Position numbers and translations under genes: made by a program. DNA of 64,000 nt from Eledone cirrhosa (Eukaryota), in NCBI GenBank assembly GCA_964016885.1, contig OZ024743.1, positions 47,802,001 through 47,866,000 on the forward strand, read 5' to 3'. The notes under the pieces were generated by a model. That model did no database searches. It saw only the letters and a list, made by a program, of their open reading frames with translations, and was not told the DNA's origin. Positions 1 to 12,600 of the stretch are shown here, piece after piece (within the stretch, counting starts at the first letter, position 1; each line of letters begins with the position of its first letter).

Positions 1-659
1 TCCATGGAGGTTTTACAGGATGCAGTGTCTTGACAGCTAACAACTGATGCAGGTAGTTTGTTCCATGGAGTTTTTAAAGGATGCAGTGTCTTGACAGCTA
101 ACAACTGATGCATTTAGTTTGTTCCATGGAGGTTTGAAAGGATGCAGTGTCTTGACAGCTAACAACTGATGCAGGTAGTTTGTTCCATGGAGGTTTTAAA
201 GGATGCAGTGTCTTGACAGCTAACAACTGATGCAGGTAGTTTGTTCCATGGAGGTTTTAAAGGATGCAGTGTCTTGACAGCACACAACTGATCCAGGTAG
301 TTTGTTCAATGGAGGTTTTAAAGGATGCAGTGTCTTGACAGCTAACAACTGATGCAGGTAGTTTGTTCCATGGAGGCTTTAAAGGATGCAGTGTCTCGGC
401 AGCTAACAACTGATGCAGGTAGTTTGTTCCATGGATGTTTTAAAGGATGACGTGTCTTGACAGCTAACAACTGATGCAGGTAGTTTGTTCCATGGAGGTT
501 TTAAAGGATGCAGTGTCTTGACAGCTAACAACTGATGCAGGTAGTTTGTTCCATGGATGTTTTAAAGGATGCAGTGTCTCGACAGCTAACAACTGATGCA
601 GGTAGTTTGTTCCATGGAGGTTTTAAAGGATGCAGTATCTTGACAGCGAACAACTGATG

Positions 660-3600
660 CAGGTAGTTTGTTCCATGGAGGTTTTAAAGGATGCAATGTC
701 TTGACAGCTAACAACTGATGTAGGTAATTTGTTACATGGAAGTTTTAAAAGATGCAGTGTCTTGACAGCTAACAACTGATGCATAGTTTGTTCCATGGAG
801 GTTTTAAAGGATGCAGTGTCTTGACAGCTAACAACTGATGCAGGTAGTTTGTTCCATGGAGGTTTTAAAGGATGCAGTGTCTTGACAGCTAACAACTGAT
901 GCAGGTAGTTTGTTCCATGGAAGTTTTAAAGGATGCAGTGTCTTGACAGATAACAACTGATGCAGGTAGTTTGTTCCATGGAGGTTTTAAAGGATGCAGT
1001 GTCTTGACAGCTAACAACTGATGCTGGTAGTTTGTTCCATGGAGGTTTTAAAGGATGCAGTGTCTCGACAGCTAACAACTGATGCTGGTAGTTTGTTCCA
1101 TGGAGGTTTTAAAGGATGCAGTGTCTTGACAGCTAACAACTGATGCAGGTAGTTTGTTCCATTGTGGTTTTAAAGGATGTAGTGTCTTGACAGCTAACAA
1201 CTGATGCAGGTACTTTGTTCCATGGAGGTTTTAAAGGATTCAGTGTCTCGGCAGCTAATAACTGATGCAGGTAGTTTGTTCCATGGAGGCTTTAAAGGAT
1301 GCAGTGTCTTGACAGCTAACAACTGATGCAGGTAGTTTGTTTCATGGAAGTTTTAAAGGATGCAGTGTCTCGGCAGCTAACAACTGATGCAGGTACTTTG
1401 TTCCATGGAGGTTTTAAAGGATGCAGTGTCTCGGCAGCTAATAACTGATGCAGGTAGTTTGTTCCATGGAGGTTTTAAAGGATGCAGTGTCTTGACAGCT
1501 AACAACTGATGCTGGTAGTTTGTTCCATGAAGGTTTTAAAGGATGCAGTGTCTTGACAGCTAACAATTAATGCAGGTAGTTTGTTCCATGGAGGCTTTAA
1601 AGGATGCAGTGTCTCGACAGCTAACAACTGATGCAGGTAGTTTGTTCCATGGAGGTTTTAAAGGATGCAGTGTCTTGACAGCTAACAACTGATGCAGGTG
1701 GTTTGTTCCATGGAGGTTTTAAAGGATGCAGTGTCTTGAAAGCTCACAACTGATCCAGGTAGTTTGTTCCATGGAGGTTTTAAAGGATGCAGTTTCTTGA
1801 CAGCTAACAACTGATGCAGGTAGTTTGTTCCATGGAGGTTTTAAAGGATGCAGTGTCTTGACAGCTAACAACTGATGCAGGTAGTTTGTTCCATGGAGGC
1901 TTAAAAGGATGCAGTGTCTCGGCAGCTAACAACTGATGCAGGTAGTTTGTTCCATGGAGGTTTTAAAGGATGCAGTGTCTTGACAGCTAACAACTGATGC
2001 AGGTAGTTTGTTCCATGGTGGTTTTAAAGGATGCAGTGTCTTGACAGCTAAAAACTGATGCAGGTAGTTTGTTCCATGGAGGTTTTAAAGGATGCAGTGT
2101 CTTGACAGCTAACAACTGATGCAGGTAGTTTGTTCCATGGAGGTTTTAAAGGATGCAGTGTCTTGACAGCTAACAACTGATGCAGGTAGTTTGTTCCATG
2201 GAAGTTTTAAAGGATGCAGTGTCTTGACAGCTAACAACTGATGCAGGTAGTTTGTTCCATGGAGGTTTTAAAGGATGCAGTGTCTCGGCAGCTAACAACT
2301 GATGCAGGTAGTGTGTTCCATGGAGGTTTTAAAGGATGCAGTGTCTTGACAGCTAACAACTGATGCAGGTAGTTTGTTCCATAGAGGTTTTAAAGGATGC
2401 AGTGTCTTGACATCTAACAACTGATGCAGGTACTTTGTTCCATGGAGGTTTTAAAGGATGCAGTGTCTCGGCAGCTAATAACTGATGCAGGTAGTTTGTT
2501 CCATGGAGGTTTTAAAGGATGCAGTGTCTTGACAGCTAACAACTGATGCAGGTAGTTTGTTCCATGGAGGCTTAAAAGGATGCAGTGTCTCGGCAGCTAA
2601 CAACTGATGCAGGTAGTTTGTTCCATGGAGGTTTTAAAGGATGCAGTGTCTTGACAGCTAACAACTGATGCAGGTAGTTTGTTCCATGGAGGTTTTAAAG
2701 GATGCAGTGTCTTGACAGCTAACAACTGATCCAGGTAGTTTGTTCCATGGAGGTTTTAAAGGATGCAGTGTCTTGACAGCTAACAACTGATGCAGGTAGT
2801 TTGATCCATGGAGTTTTTAAAGGATGCAGTGTCTTGACAGCTAACAACTGATGCAGGTAGTTTGTTCCATAGAGATTTTAAAGGATGCAGTGTCTTGACA
2901 GCTAATAATTAATGCAGGTAGTTTGTTCCATGGAGGCTTTAAAGAATGCAGTGTCTTGACAGCTAACAACTGATGCAGGTAGTTTGTTCCATGGAGGTTT
3001 TAAAGGATGCAGTGTCTTGACAGCTAACAACTGATGCAGGTAGTTTGTTCTATGGAGGTTTTAAAGGATGCAGTGTCTTGACAGCTAACAATTAAAGCAG
3101 GTAGTTTGTTCCATGGAGGCTTTAAAGGATGCAGTGTCTCGACAGCTAACAACTGATGCAGGTACTTTGTTCCATGGAGGTTTTAAAGGATGCAGTGTCT
3201 TGACAGCTAACAACTGATGCAGGTGGTTTGTTCCATGGAGGTTTTAAAGGATGCAGTGTCTTGACAGCTCACAACTGATCCAGGTAGTTTGTTCCATGGA
3301 GGTTTTAAAGGATGCAGTTTCTTGAAAGCTAACAACTGATGCAGGTAGTTTGTTCCATGGAGGTTTTAAAGGATGCAGTGTCTCGGCAGCTAACAACTGA
3401 TGCAGGTAGTTTGTTCCATGGAGGCTTTAAAGGATGCAGTGTCTCGGCAGCTAACAACTGATGCAGGTAGTTTGTTCCATGGAGGTTTTAAAGGATGCAG
3501 TGTCTTGACAGCTAAGAACTGATGCAGGTAGTTTGTTCCATAGAGGCTTTAAAGGATGCAGTGTCTTGACAGCTAACAACTGATGCAGGTAGTTTGTTCC

Positions 3601-6600
3601 ATGGAGGTTTTAAAGGATGCAATGTCTTGACAGCTAACAACTGATGTAGGTAATTTGTTACATGGAAGTTTTAAAAGATGCAGTGTCTTGACAGCTAACA
3701 ACTGATGCATAGTTTGTTCCATGGAGGTTTTAAAGGATGCAGTGTCTTGACAGCTAACAACTGATGCAGGTAGTTTGTTCCATGGAGGTTTTAAAGGATG
3801 CAGTGTCTTGACAGCTAACAACTGATGCAGGTAGTTTGTTCCATCGAAGTTTTAAAGGATGCAGTGTCTTGACAGATAACAACTGATGCAGGTAGTTTGT
3901 TCCATGGAGGTTTTAAAGGATGCAGTGTCTTGACAGCTAACAACTGATGCTGGTAGTTTGTTCCATGGAGGTTTTAAAGGATGCAGTGTCTCGACAGCTA
4001 ACAACTGATGCTGGTAGTTTGTTCCATGGAGGTTTTAAAGGATGCAGTGTCTTGACAGCTAACAACTGATGCAGGTAGTTTGTTCCATTGTGGTTTTAAA
4101 GGATGTAGTGTCTTGACAGCTAACAACTGATGCAGGTACTTTGTTCCATGGAGGTTTTAAAGGATGCAGTGTCTCGGCAGCTAATAACTGATGCAGGTAG
4201 TTTGTTCCATGGAGGTTTTAAAGGATGCAGTGTCTTGACAGCTAACAACTGATGCAGGTAGTTTGTTTCATGGAAGTTTTAAAGGATGCAGTGTCTCGGC
4301 AGCTAACAACTGATGCAGGTACTTTGTTCCATGGAGGTTTTAAAGGATGCAGTGTCTCGGCAGCTAATAACTGATGCAGGTAGTTTGTTCCATGGAGGTT
4401 TTAAAGGATGCAGTGTCTTGACAGCTAACAACTGATGCTGGTAGTTTGTTCCATGAAGGTTTTAAAGGATGCAGTGTCTTGACAGCTAACAATTAATGCA
4501 GGTAGTGTGTTCCATGGAGGCTTTAAAGGATGCAGTGTCTCGACAGCTAACAACTGATGCAGGTAGTTTGTTCCATGGAGGTTTTAAAGGATGCAGTGTC
4601 TTGACAGCTAACAACTGATGCAGGTGGTTTGTTCCATGGAGGTTTTAAAGGATGCAGTGTCTTGAAAGCTCACAACTGATCCAGGTAGTTTGTTCCATGG
4701 AGGTTTTAAAGGATGCAGTTTCTTGACAGCTAACAACTGATGCAGGTAGTTTGTTCCATGGAGGTTTTAAAGGATGCAGTGTCTTGACAGCTAACAACTG
4801 ATGCAGGTAGTTTGTTCCATGGAGGCTTAAAAGGATGCAGTGTCTCGGCAGCTAACAACTGATGCAGGTAGTTTGTTCCATGGAGGTTTTAAAGGATGCA
4901 GTGTCTTGACAGCTAACAACTGATGCAGGTAGTTTGTTCCATGGAGGTTTTAAAGGATGCAGTGTCTTGACAGCTAAAAACTGATGCAGGTAGTTTGTTC
5001 CATGGAGGTTTTAAAGGATGCAGTGTCTTGACAGCTAACAACTGATGCAGGTAGTTTGTTCCATGGAGGTTTTAAAGGATGCAGTGTCTTGACAGCTAAC
5101 AACTGATGCAGGTAGTTTGTTCCATGGAAGTTTTAAAGGATGCAGTGTCTTGACAGCTAACAACTGATGCAGGTAGTTTGTTCCATGGAGGCTTTAAAGG
5201 ATGCAATATCTTGACAGCTAACAACTGATGCGGGTAGTTTGTTACATGGAAGTTTTAAAGGATGCAGTGTCTTGACAGCTAAAAACTGATGCAGGTAGTT
5301 TGTTCCATGGAGGTTTTAAAGGATACAGTGTCTTGACAGCTAACAACTGATGCAGGTAGTTTGTTCCATGGAGGTTTTAAAGGATGCAGTGTCTTGACAG
5401 CTAACAACTGATGCAGGTAGTTTGTTCCATGGAAGTTTTAAAGGATGCAGTGTCTTGACAGATAAAAACTGATGCAGGTAGTTTGTTCCATGGAGTTTTT
5501 AAAGGATGCAGTGTCTTGACAGCTAACAACTGATGCAGGTAGTTTGTTCCATGGAGGTTTTAAAGGATGCAGTGTCTCGGCAGCTAACAACTGATGCAGG
5601 TAGTGTGTTCCATGGAGGTTTTAAAGGATGCAGTGTCTTGACAGCTAACAACTGATGCAGGTAGTTTGTTCCATAGAGGTTTTAAAGGATGCAGTGTCTC
5701 GGCAGCTAATAACTGATGCAGGTAGTTTGTTCCATGGAGGTTTTAAAGGATGCAGTGTCTTGACAGCTAACAACTGATGCAGGTAGTTTGTTCCATGGAG
5801 GCTTAAAAGGATGCAGTGTCTCGGCAGCTAACAACTGATGCAGGTAGTTTGTTCCATGGAGGTTTTAAAGGATGCAGTGTCTTGACAGCTAACAACTGAT
5901 GCAGGTAGTTTGTTCCATGGAGGTTTTAAAGGATGCAGTGTCTTGACAGCTAACAACTGATCCAGGTAGTTTGTTCCATGGAGGTTTTAAAGGATGCAGT
6001 GTCTTGACAGCTAACAACTGATGCAGGTAGTTTGATCCATGGAGGTTTTAAAGAATGCAGTGTCTTGACAGCTAACAACTGATGCTGGTAGTTTGTTCAA
6101 TGGAGGTTTTAAAGGATGCAGTGTCTTGACAGCTAACAATTAATGCAGGTAGTTTGTTCCATGGAGGCTTTAAAGGATGCAGTGTCTCGACAGCTAACAA
6201 CTGATGCAGGTAGTTTGTTCCATGGAGGTTTTAAAGGATGCAGTGTCTTGACAGCTAACAACTGATGCAGGTAGTTTGTTCCATGGAGTTTTTAAAGGAT
6301 GCAGTGTCTTGACAGCTAACAACTGATGCAGGTAGTTTGTTCCATAGAGATTTTAAAGGATGCAGTGTCTTGACAGCTAATAATTAATGCAGGTAGTTTG
6401 TTCCATGGAGGCTTTAAAGAATGCAGTGTCTTGACAGCTAACAACTGATGCAGGTAGTTTGTTCCATGGAGGTTTTAAAGGATGCAGTGTCTTGACAGCT
6501 AACAACTGATGCAGGTACTTTGTTCTATGGAGGTTTTAAAGGATGCAGTGTCTTGACATCTAACAACTGATGCAGGTAGTTTGTTCCATGGAGGTTTTAA

Positions 6601-9600
6601 AGGATGCAGTGTCTTGACAGCTAACAATTAAAGCAGGTAGTTTGTTCCATGGAGGCTTTAAAGGATGCAGTGTCTCGACAGCTAACAACAGATGCAGGTA
6701 CTTTGTTCCATGGAGGTTTTAAAAGATGCAGTGTCTTGACAGCTAACAACTGATGCATAGTTTGTTCCATGGAGGTTTTAAAGGATGCAGTGTCTTGACA
6801 GCTAACAACTGATGCAGGTAGTTTGTTCCATGGAGGTTTTAAAGGATGCAGTGTCTTGACAGCTAACAATTAATGCAGGTAGTTTGTTCCATGGAGGCTT
6901 TAAAGGATGCAGTGTCTCGACAGCTAACAACTGATGCAGGTAGTTTGTTCCATGGAGGTTTTAAAGGATGCAATGTCTTGACAGCTAACAACTGATGTAG
7001 GTAATTTGTTACATGGAAGTTTTAAAAGATGCAGTGTCTTGACAGCTAACAACTGATGCATAGTTTGTTCCATGGAGGTTTTAAAGGATGCAGTGTCTTG
7101 ACAGCTAACAACTGATGCAGGTAGTTTGTTCCATGGAGGTTTTAAAGGATGCAGTGTCTTGACAGCTAACAACTGATGCAGGTAGTTTGTTCCATGGAAG
7201 TTTTAAAGGATGCAGTGTCTTGACAGATAACAACTGATGCAGGTAGTTTGTTCCATGGAGGTTTTAAAGGATGCAGTGTCTTGACAGCTAACAACTGATG
7301 CTGGTAGTTTGTTCCATGGAGGTTTTAAAGGATGCAGTGTCTCGACAGCTAACAACTGATGCTGGTAGTTTGTTCCATGGAGGTTTTAAAGGATGCAGTG
7401 TCTTGACAGCTAACAACTGATGCAGGTAGTTTGTTCCATTGTGGTTTTAAAGGATGTAGTGTCTTGACAGCTAACAACTGATGCAGGTACTTTGTTCCAT
7501 GGAGGTTTTAAAGGATTCAGTGTCTCGGCAGCTAATAACTGATGCAGGTAGTTTGTTCCATGGAGGTTTTAAAGGATGCAGTGTCTTGACAGCTAACAAC
7601 TGATGCAGGTAGTTTGTTTCATGGAAGTTTTAAAGGATGCAGTGTCTCGGCAGCTAACAACTGATGTAGGTACTTTGTTCCATGGAGGTTTTAAAGGATG
7701 CAGTGTCTCGGCAGCTAATAACTGATGCAGGTAGTTTGTTCCATGGAGGTTTTAAAGGATGCAGTGTCTTGACAGCTAACAACTGATGCTGCTAGTTTGT
7801 TCCATGAAGGTTTTAAAGGATGCAGTGTCTTGACAGCTAACAATTAATGCAGGTAGTTTGTTCCATGAAAGGCTTTAAAGGATGCAGTGTCTCGACAGCT
7901 AACAACTGATGCAGGTAGTTTGTTCCATGGAGGTTTTAAAGGATGCAGTGTCTTGACAGCTAACAACTGATGCAGGTGGTTTGTTCCATGGAGGTTTTAA
8001 AGGATGCAGTGTCTTGAAAGCTCACAACTGATCCAGGTAGTTTGTTCCATGGAGGTTTTAAAGGATGCAGTTTCTTGACAGCTAACAACTGATGCAAGTA
8101 GTTTGTTCCATGGAGGTTTTAAAGGATGCAGTGTCTTGACAGCTAACAACTGATGCAGGTAGTTTGTTCCATGGAGGCTTAAAAGGATGCAGTGTCTCGG
8201 CAGCTAACAACTGATGCAGGTAGTTTGTTCCATGGAGGTTTTAAAGGATGCAGTGTCTTGACAGCTAACAACTGATGCAGGTAGTTTGTTCCATGGAGGT
8301 TTTAAAGGATGCAGTGTCTTGACAGCTAAAAACTGATGCAGGTAGTTTGTTCCATGGAGGTTTTAAAGGATGCAGTGTCTTGACAGCTAACAACTGATGC
8401 AGGTAGTTTGTTCCATGGAGGTTTTAAAGGATGCAGTGTCTTGACAGCTAACAACTGATGCAGGTAGTTTGTTCCATGGAAGTTTTAAAGGATGCAGTGT
8501 CTTGACAGCTAACAACTGATGCAGGTAGTTTGTTCCATGGAGGCTTTAAAGGATGCAATATCTTGACAGCTAACAACTGATGCGGGTAGTTTGTTACATG
8601 GAAGTTTTAAAGGATGCAGTGTCTTGACAGCTAAAAACTGATGCAGGTAGTTTGTTCCATGGAGGTTTTAAAGGATGCAGTGTCTTGACAGCTAACAACT
8701 GATGCAGGTAGTTTGTTCCATGGAGGTTTTAAAGGATGCAGTGTCTTGACAGCTAACAACTGATGCAGGTAGTTTGTTCCATGGAAGTTTTAAAGGATGC
8801 AGTGTCTTGACAGATAAAAACTGATGCAGGTAGTTTGTTCCATGGAGGTTTTAAAGGATGCAGTGTCTCGGCAGCTAACAACTGATGCAGGTAGTGTGTT
8901 CCATGGAGGTTTTAAAGGATGCAGTGTCTTGACAGCTAACAACTGATGCAGGTAGTTTGTTCCATAGAGGTTTTAAAGGATGCAGTGTCTTGACATCTAA
9001 CAACTGATGCAGGTACTTTGTTCCATGGAGGTTTTAAAGGATGCAGTGTCTCGGCAGCTAATAACTGATGCAGGTAGTTTGTTCCATGGAGGTTTTAAAG
9101 GATGCAGTGTCTTGACAGCTAACAACTGATGCAGGTAGTTTGTTCCATGGAGGCTTAAAAGGATGCAGTGTCTCGGCAGCTAACAACTGATGCAGGTAGT
9201 TTGTTCCATGGAGGTTTTAAAGGATGCAGTGTCTTGACAGCTAACAACTGATGCAGGTAGTTTGTTCCATGGAGGTTTTAAAGGATGCAGTGTCTTGACA
9301 GCTAACAACTGATCCAGGTAGTTTGTTCCATGGAGGTTTTAAAGGATGCAGTGTCTTGACAGCTAACAACTGATGCAGGTAGTTTGATCCATGGAGGTTT
9401 TAAAGAATGCAGTGTCTTGACAGCTAACAACTGATGCTGGTAGTTTGTTCAATGGAGGTTTTAAAGGATGCAGTGTCTTGACAGCTAACAATTAATGCAG
9501 GTAGTTTGTTCCATGGAGGCTTTAAAGGATGCAGTGTCTCGACAGCTAACAACTGATGCAGGTAGTTTGTTCCATGGAGGTTTTAAAGGATGCAGTGTCT

Positions 9601-12600
9601 TGACAGCTAACAACTGATGCAGGTAGTTTGTTCCATGGAGTTTTTAAAGGATGCAGTGTCTTGACAGCTAACAACTGATGCAGGTAGTTTGTTCCATAGA
9701 GATTTTAAAGGATGCAGTGTCTTGACAGCTAATAATTAATGCAGGTAGTTTGTTCCATGGAGGCTTTAAAGAATGCAGTGTCTTGACAGCTAACAACTGA
9801 TGCAGGTAGTTTGTTCCATGGAGGTTTTAAAGGATGCAGTGTCTTGACAGCTAACAACTGATGCAGGTAGTTTGTTCTATGGAGGTTTTAAAGGATGCAG
9901 TGTCTTGACAGCTAACAATTAAAGCAGGTAGTTTGTTCCATGGAGGCTTTAAAGGATGCAGTGTCTCGACAGCTAACAACTGATGCAGGTACTTTGTTCC
10001 ATGGAGGTTTTAAAGGATGCAGTGTCTTGACAGCTAACAACTGATGCAGGTGGTTTGTTCCATGGAGGTTTTAAAGGATGCAGTGTCTTGACAGCTCACA
10101 ACTGATCCAGGTAGTTTGTTCCATGGAGGTTTTAAAGGATGCAGTTTCTTGAAAGCTAACAACTGATGCAGGTAGTTTGTTCCATGGAGGTTTTAAAGGA
10201 TGCAGTGTCTCGGCAGCTAACAACTGATGCAGGTAGTTTGTTCCATGGAGGCTGTAAAGGATGCAGTGTCTCGGCAGCTAACAACTGATGCAGGTAGTTT
10301 GTTCCATAGAGGTTTTAAAGGATGCAGTGTCTTGACAGCTAAGAACTGATGCAGGTAGTTTGTTCCATAGAGGCTTTAAAGGATGCAGTGTCTTGACAGC
10401 TAACAACTGATGCAGGTAGTTTGTTCCATGGAGGTTTTAAAGGATGCAATGTCTTGACAGCTAACAACTGATGTAGGTAATTTGTTACATGGAAGTTTTA
10501 AAAGATGCAGTGTCTTGACAGCTAACAACTGATGCATAGTTTGTTCCATGGAGGTTTTAAAGGATGCAGTGTCTTGACAGCTAACAACTGATGCAGGTAG
10601 TTTGTTCCATGGAGGTTTTAAAGGATGCAGTGTCTTGACAGCTAACAACTGATGCAGGTAGTTTGTTCCATGGAAGTGTTAAAGGATGCAGTGTCTTGAC
10701 AGATAACAACTGATGCAGGTAGTTTGTTCCATGGAGGTTTTAAAGGATGCAGTGTCTTGACAGCTAACAACTGATGCTGGTAGTTTGTTCCATGGAGGTT
10801 TTAAAGGATGCAGTGTCTCGACAGCTAACAACTGATGCTGGTAGTTTGTTCCATGGAGGTTTTAAAGGATGCAGTGTCTTGACAGCTAACAACTGATGCA
10901 GGTAGTTTGTTCCATTGTGGTTTTAAAGGATGTAGTGTCTTGACAGCTAACAACTGATGCAGGTACTTTGTTCCATGGAGGTTTTAAAGGATGCAGTGTC
11001 TCGGCAGCTAATAACTGATGCAGGTAGTTTGTTCCATGGAGGTTTTAAAGGATGCAGTGTCTTGACAGCTAACAACTGATGCAGGTAGTTTGTTTCATGG
11101 AAGTTTTAAAGGATGCAGTGTCTCGGCAGCTAACAACTGATGCAGGTACTTTGTTCCATGGAGGTTTTAAAGGATGCAGTGTCTCGGCAGCTAATAACTG
11201 ATGCAGGTAGTTTGTTCCATGGAGGTTTTAAAGGATGCAGTGTCTTGACAGCTAACAACTGATGCTGGTAGTTTGTTCCATGAAGGTTTTAAAGGATGCA
11301 GTGTCTTGACAGCTAACAATTAATGCAGGTAGTTTGTTCCATGGAGGCTTTAAAGGATGCAGTGTCTCGACAGCTAACAACTGATGCAGGTAGTTTGTTC
11401 CATGGAGGTTTTAAAGGATGCAGTGTCTTGACAGCTAACAACTGATGCAGGTGGTTTGTTCCATGGAGGTTTTAAAGGATGCAGTGTCTTGAAAGCTCAC
11501 AACTGATCCAGGTAGTTTGTTCCATGGAGGTTTTAAAGGATGCAGTTTCTTGACAGCTAACAACTGATGCAGGTAGTTTGTTCCATGGAGGTTTTAAAGG
11601 ATGCAGTGTCTTGACAGCTAACAACTGATGCAGGTAGTTTGTTCCATGGAGGCTTAAAAGGATGCAGTGTCTCGGCAGCTAACAACTGATGCAGGTAGTT
11701 TGTTCCATGGAGGTTTTAAAGGATGCAGTGTCTTGACAGCTAACAACTGATGCAGGTAGTTTGTTCCATGGAGGTTTTAAAGGATGCAGTGTCTTGACAG
11801 CTAAAAACTGATGCAGGTAGTTTGTTCCATGGAGGTTTTAAAGGATGCAGTGTCTTGACAGCTAACAACTGATGCAGGTCGTTTGTTCCATGGAGGTTTT
11901 AAAGGATGCAGTGTCTTGACAGCTAACAACTGATGCAGGTAGTTTGTTCCATGGAAGTTTTAAAGGATGCAGTGTCTTGACAGCTAACAACTGATGCAGG
12001 TAGTTTGTTCCATGGAGGCTTTAAAGGATGCAATATCTTGACAGCTAACAACTGATGCGGGTAGTTTGTTACATGGAAGTTTTAAAGGATGCAGTGTCTT
12101 GACAGCTAAAAACTGATGCAGGTAGTTTGTTCCATGGAGGTTTTAAAGGATGCAGTGTCTCGGCAGCTAACAACTGATGCAGGTAGTGTGTTCCATGGAG
12201 GTTTTAAAGGATGCAGTGTCTTGACAGCTAACAACTGATGCAGGTAGTTTGTTCCATAGAGGTTTTAAAGGATGCAGTGTCTTGACATCTAACAACTGAT
12301 GCAGGTACTTTGTTCCATGGAGGTTTTAAAGGATGCAGTGTCTCGGCAGCTAATAACTGATGCAGGTAGTTTGTTCCATGGAGGTTTTAAAGGATGCAGT
12401 GTCTTGACAGATAACAACTGATGCAGGTAGTTTGTTCCATGGAGGCTTAAAAGGATGCAGTGTCTCGGCAGCTAACAACTGATGCAGGTAGTTTGTTCCA
12501 TGGAGGTTTTAAAGGATGCAGTGTCTTGACAGCTAACAACTGATGCAGGTAGTTTGTTCCATGGAGGTTTTAAAGGATGCAGTGTCTTGACAGCTAACAA

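Noticed and set aside
44-52. Hammerhead ribozyme core, as in some animal satellite transcripts (CTGATG present)
   Set aside because: The core requires CUGANGA plus GAAA and three flanking stems. Here it reads CTGATGC, the consensus lacks GAAA on either strand, and the minus strand has no CUGANGA.
30-59. Sigma70-like promoter in each monomer: TTGACA-N18-TAGTTT. TTGACAGCTA also matches the start of synthetic Anderson-type promoters.
   Set aside because: The -10 match is only 3/6, there is no downstream gene, and the array looks like naturally evolved eukaryotic satellite. A chance match is sufficient to explain it.
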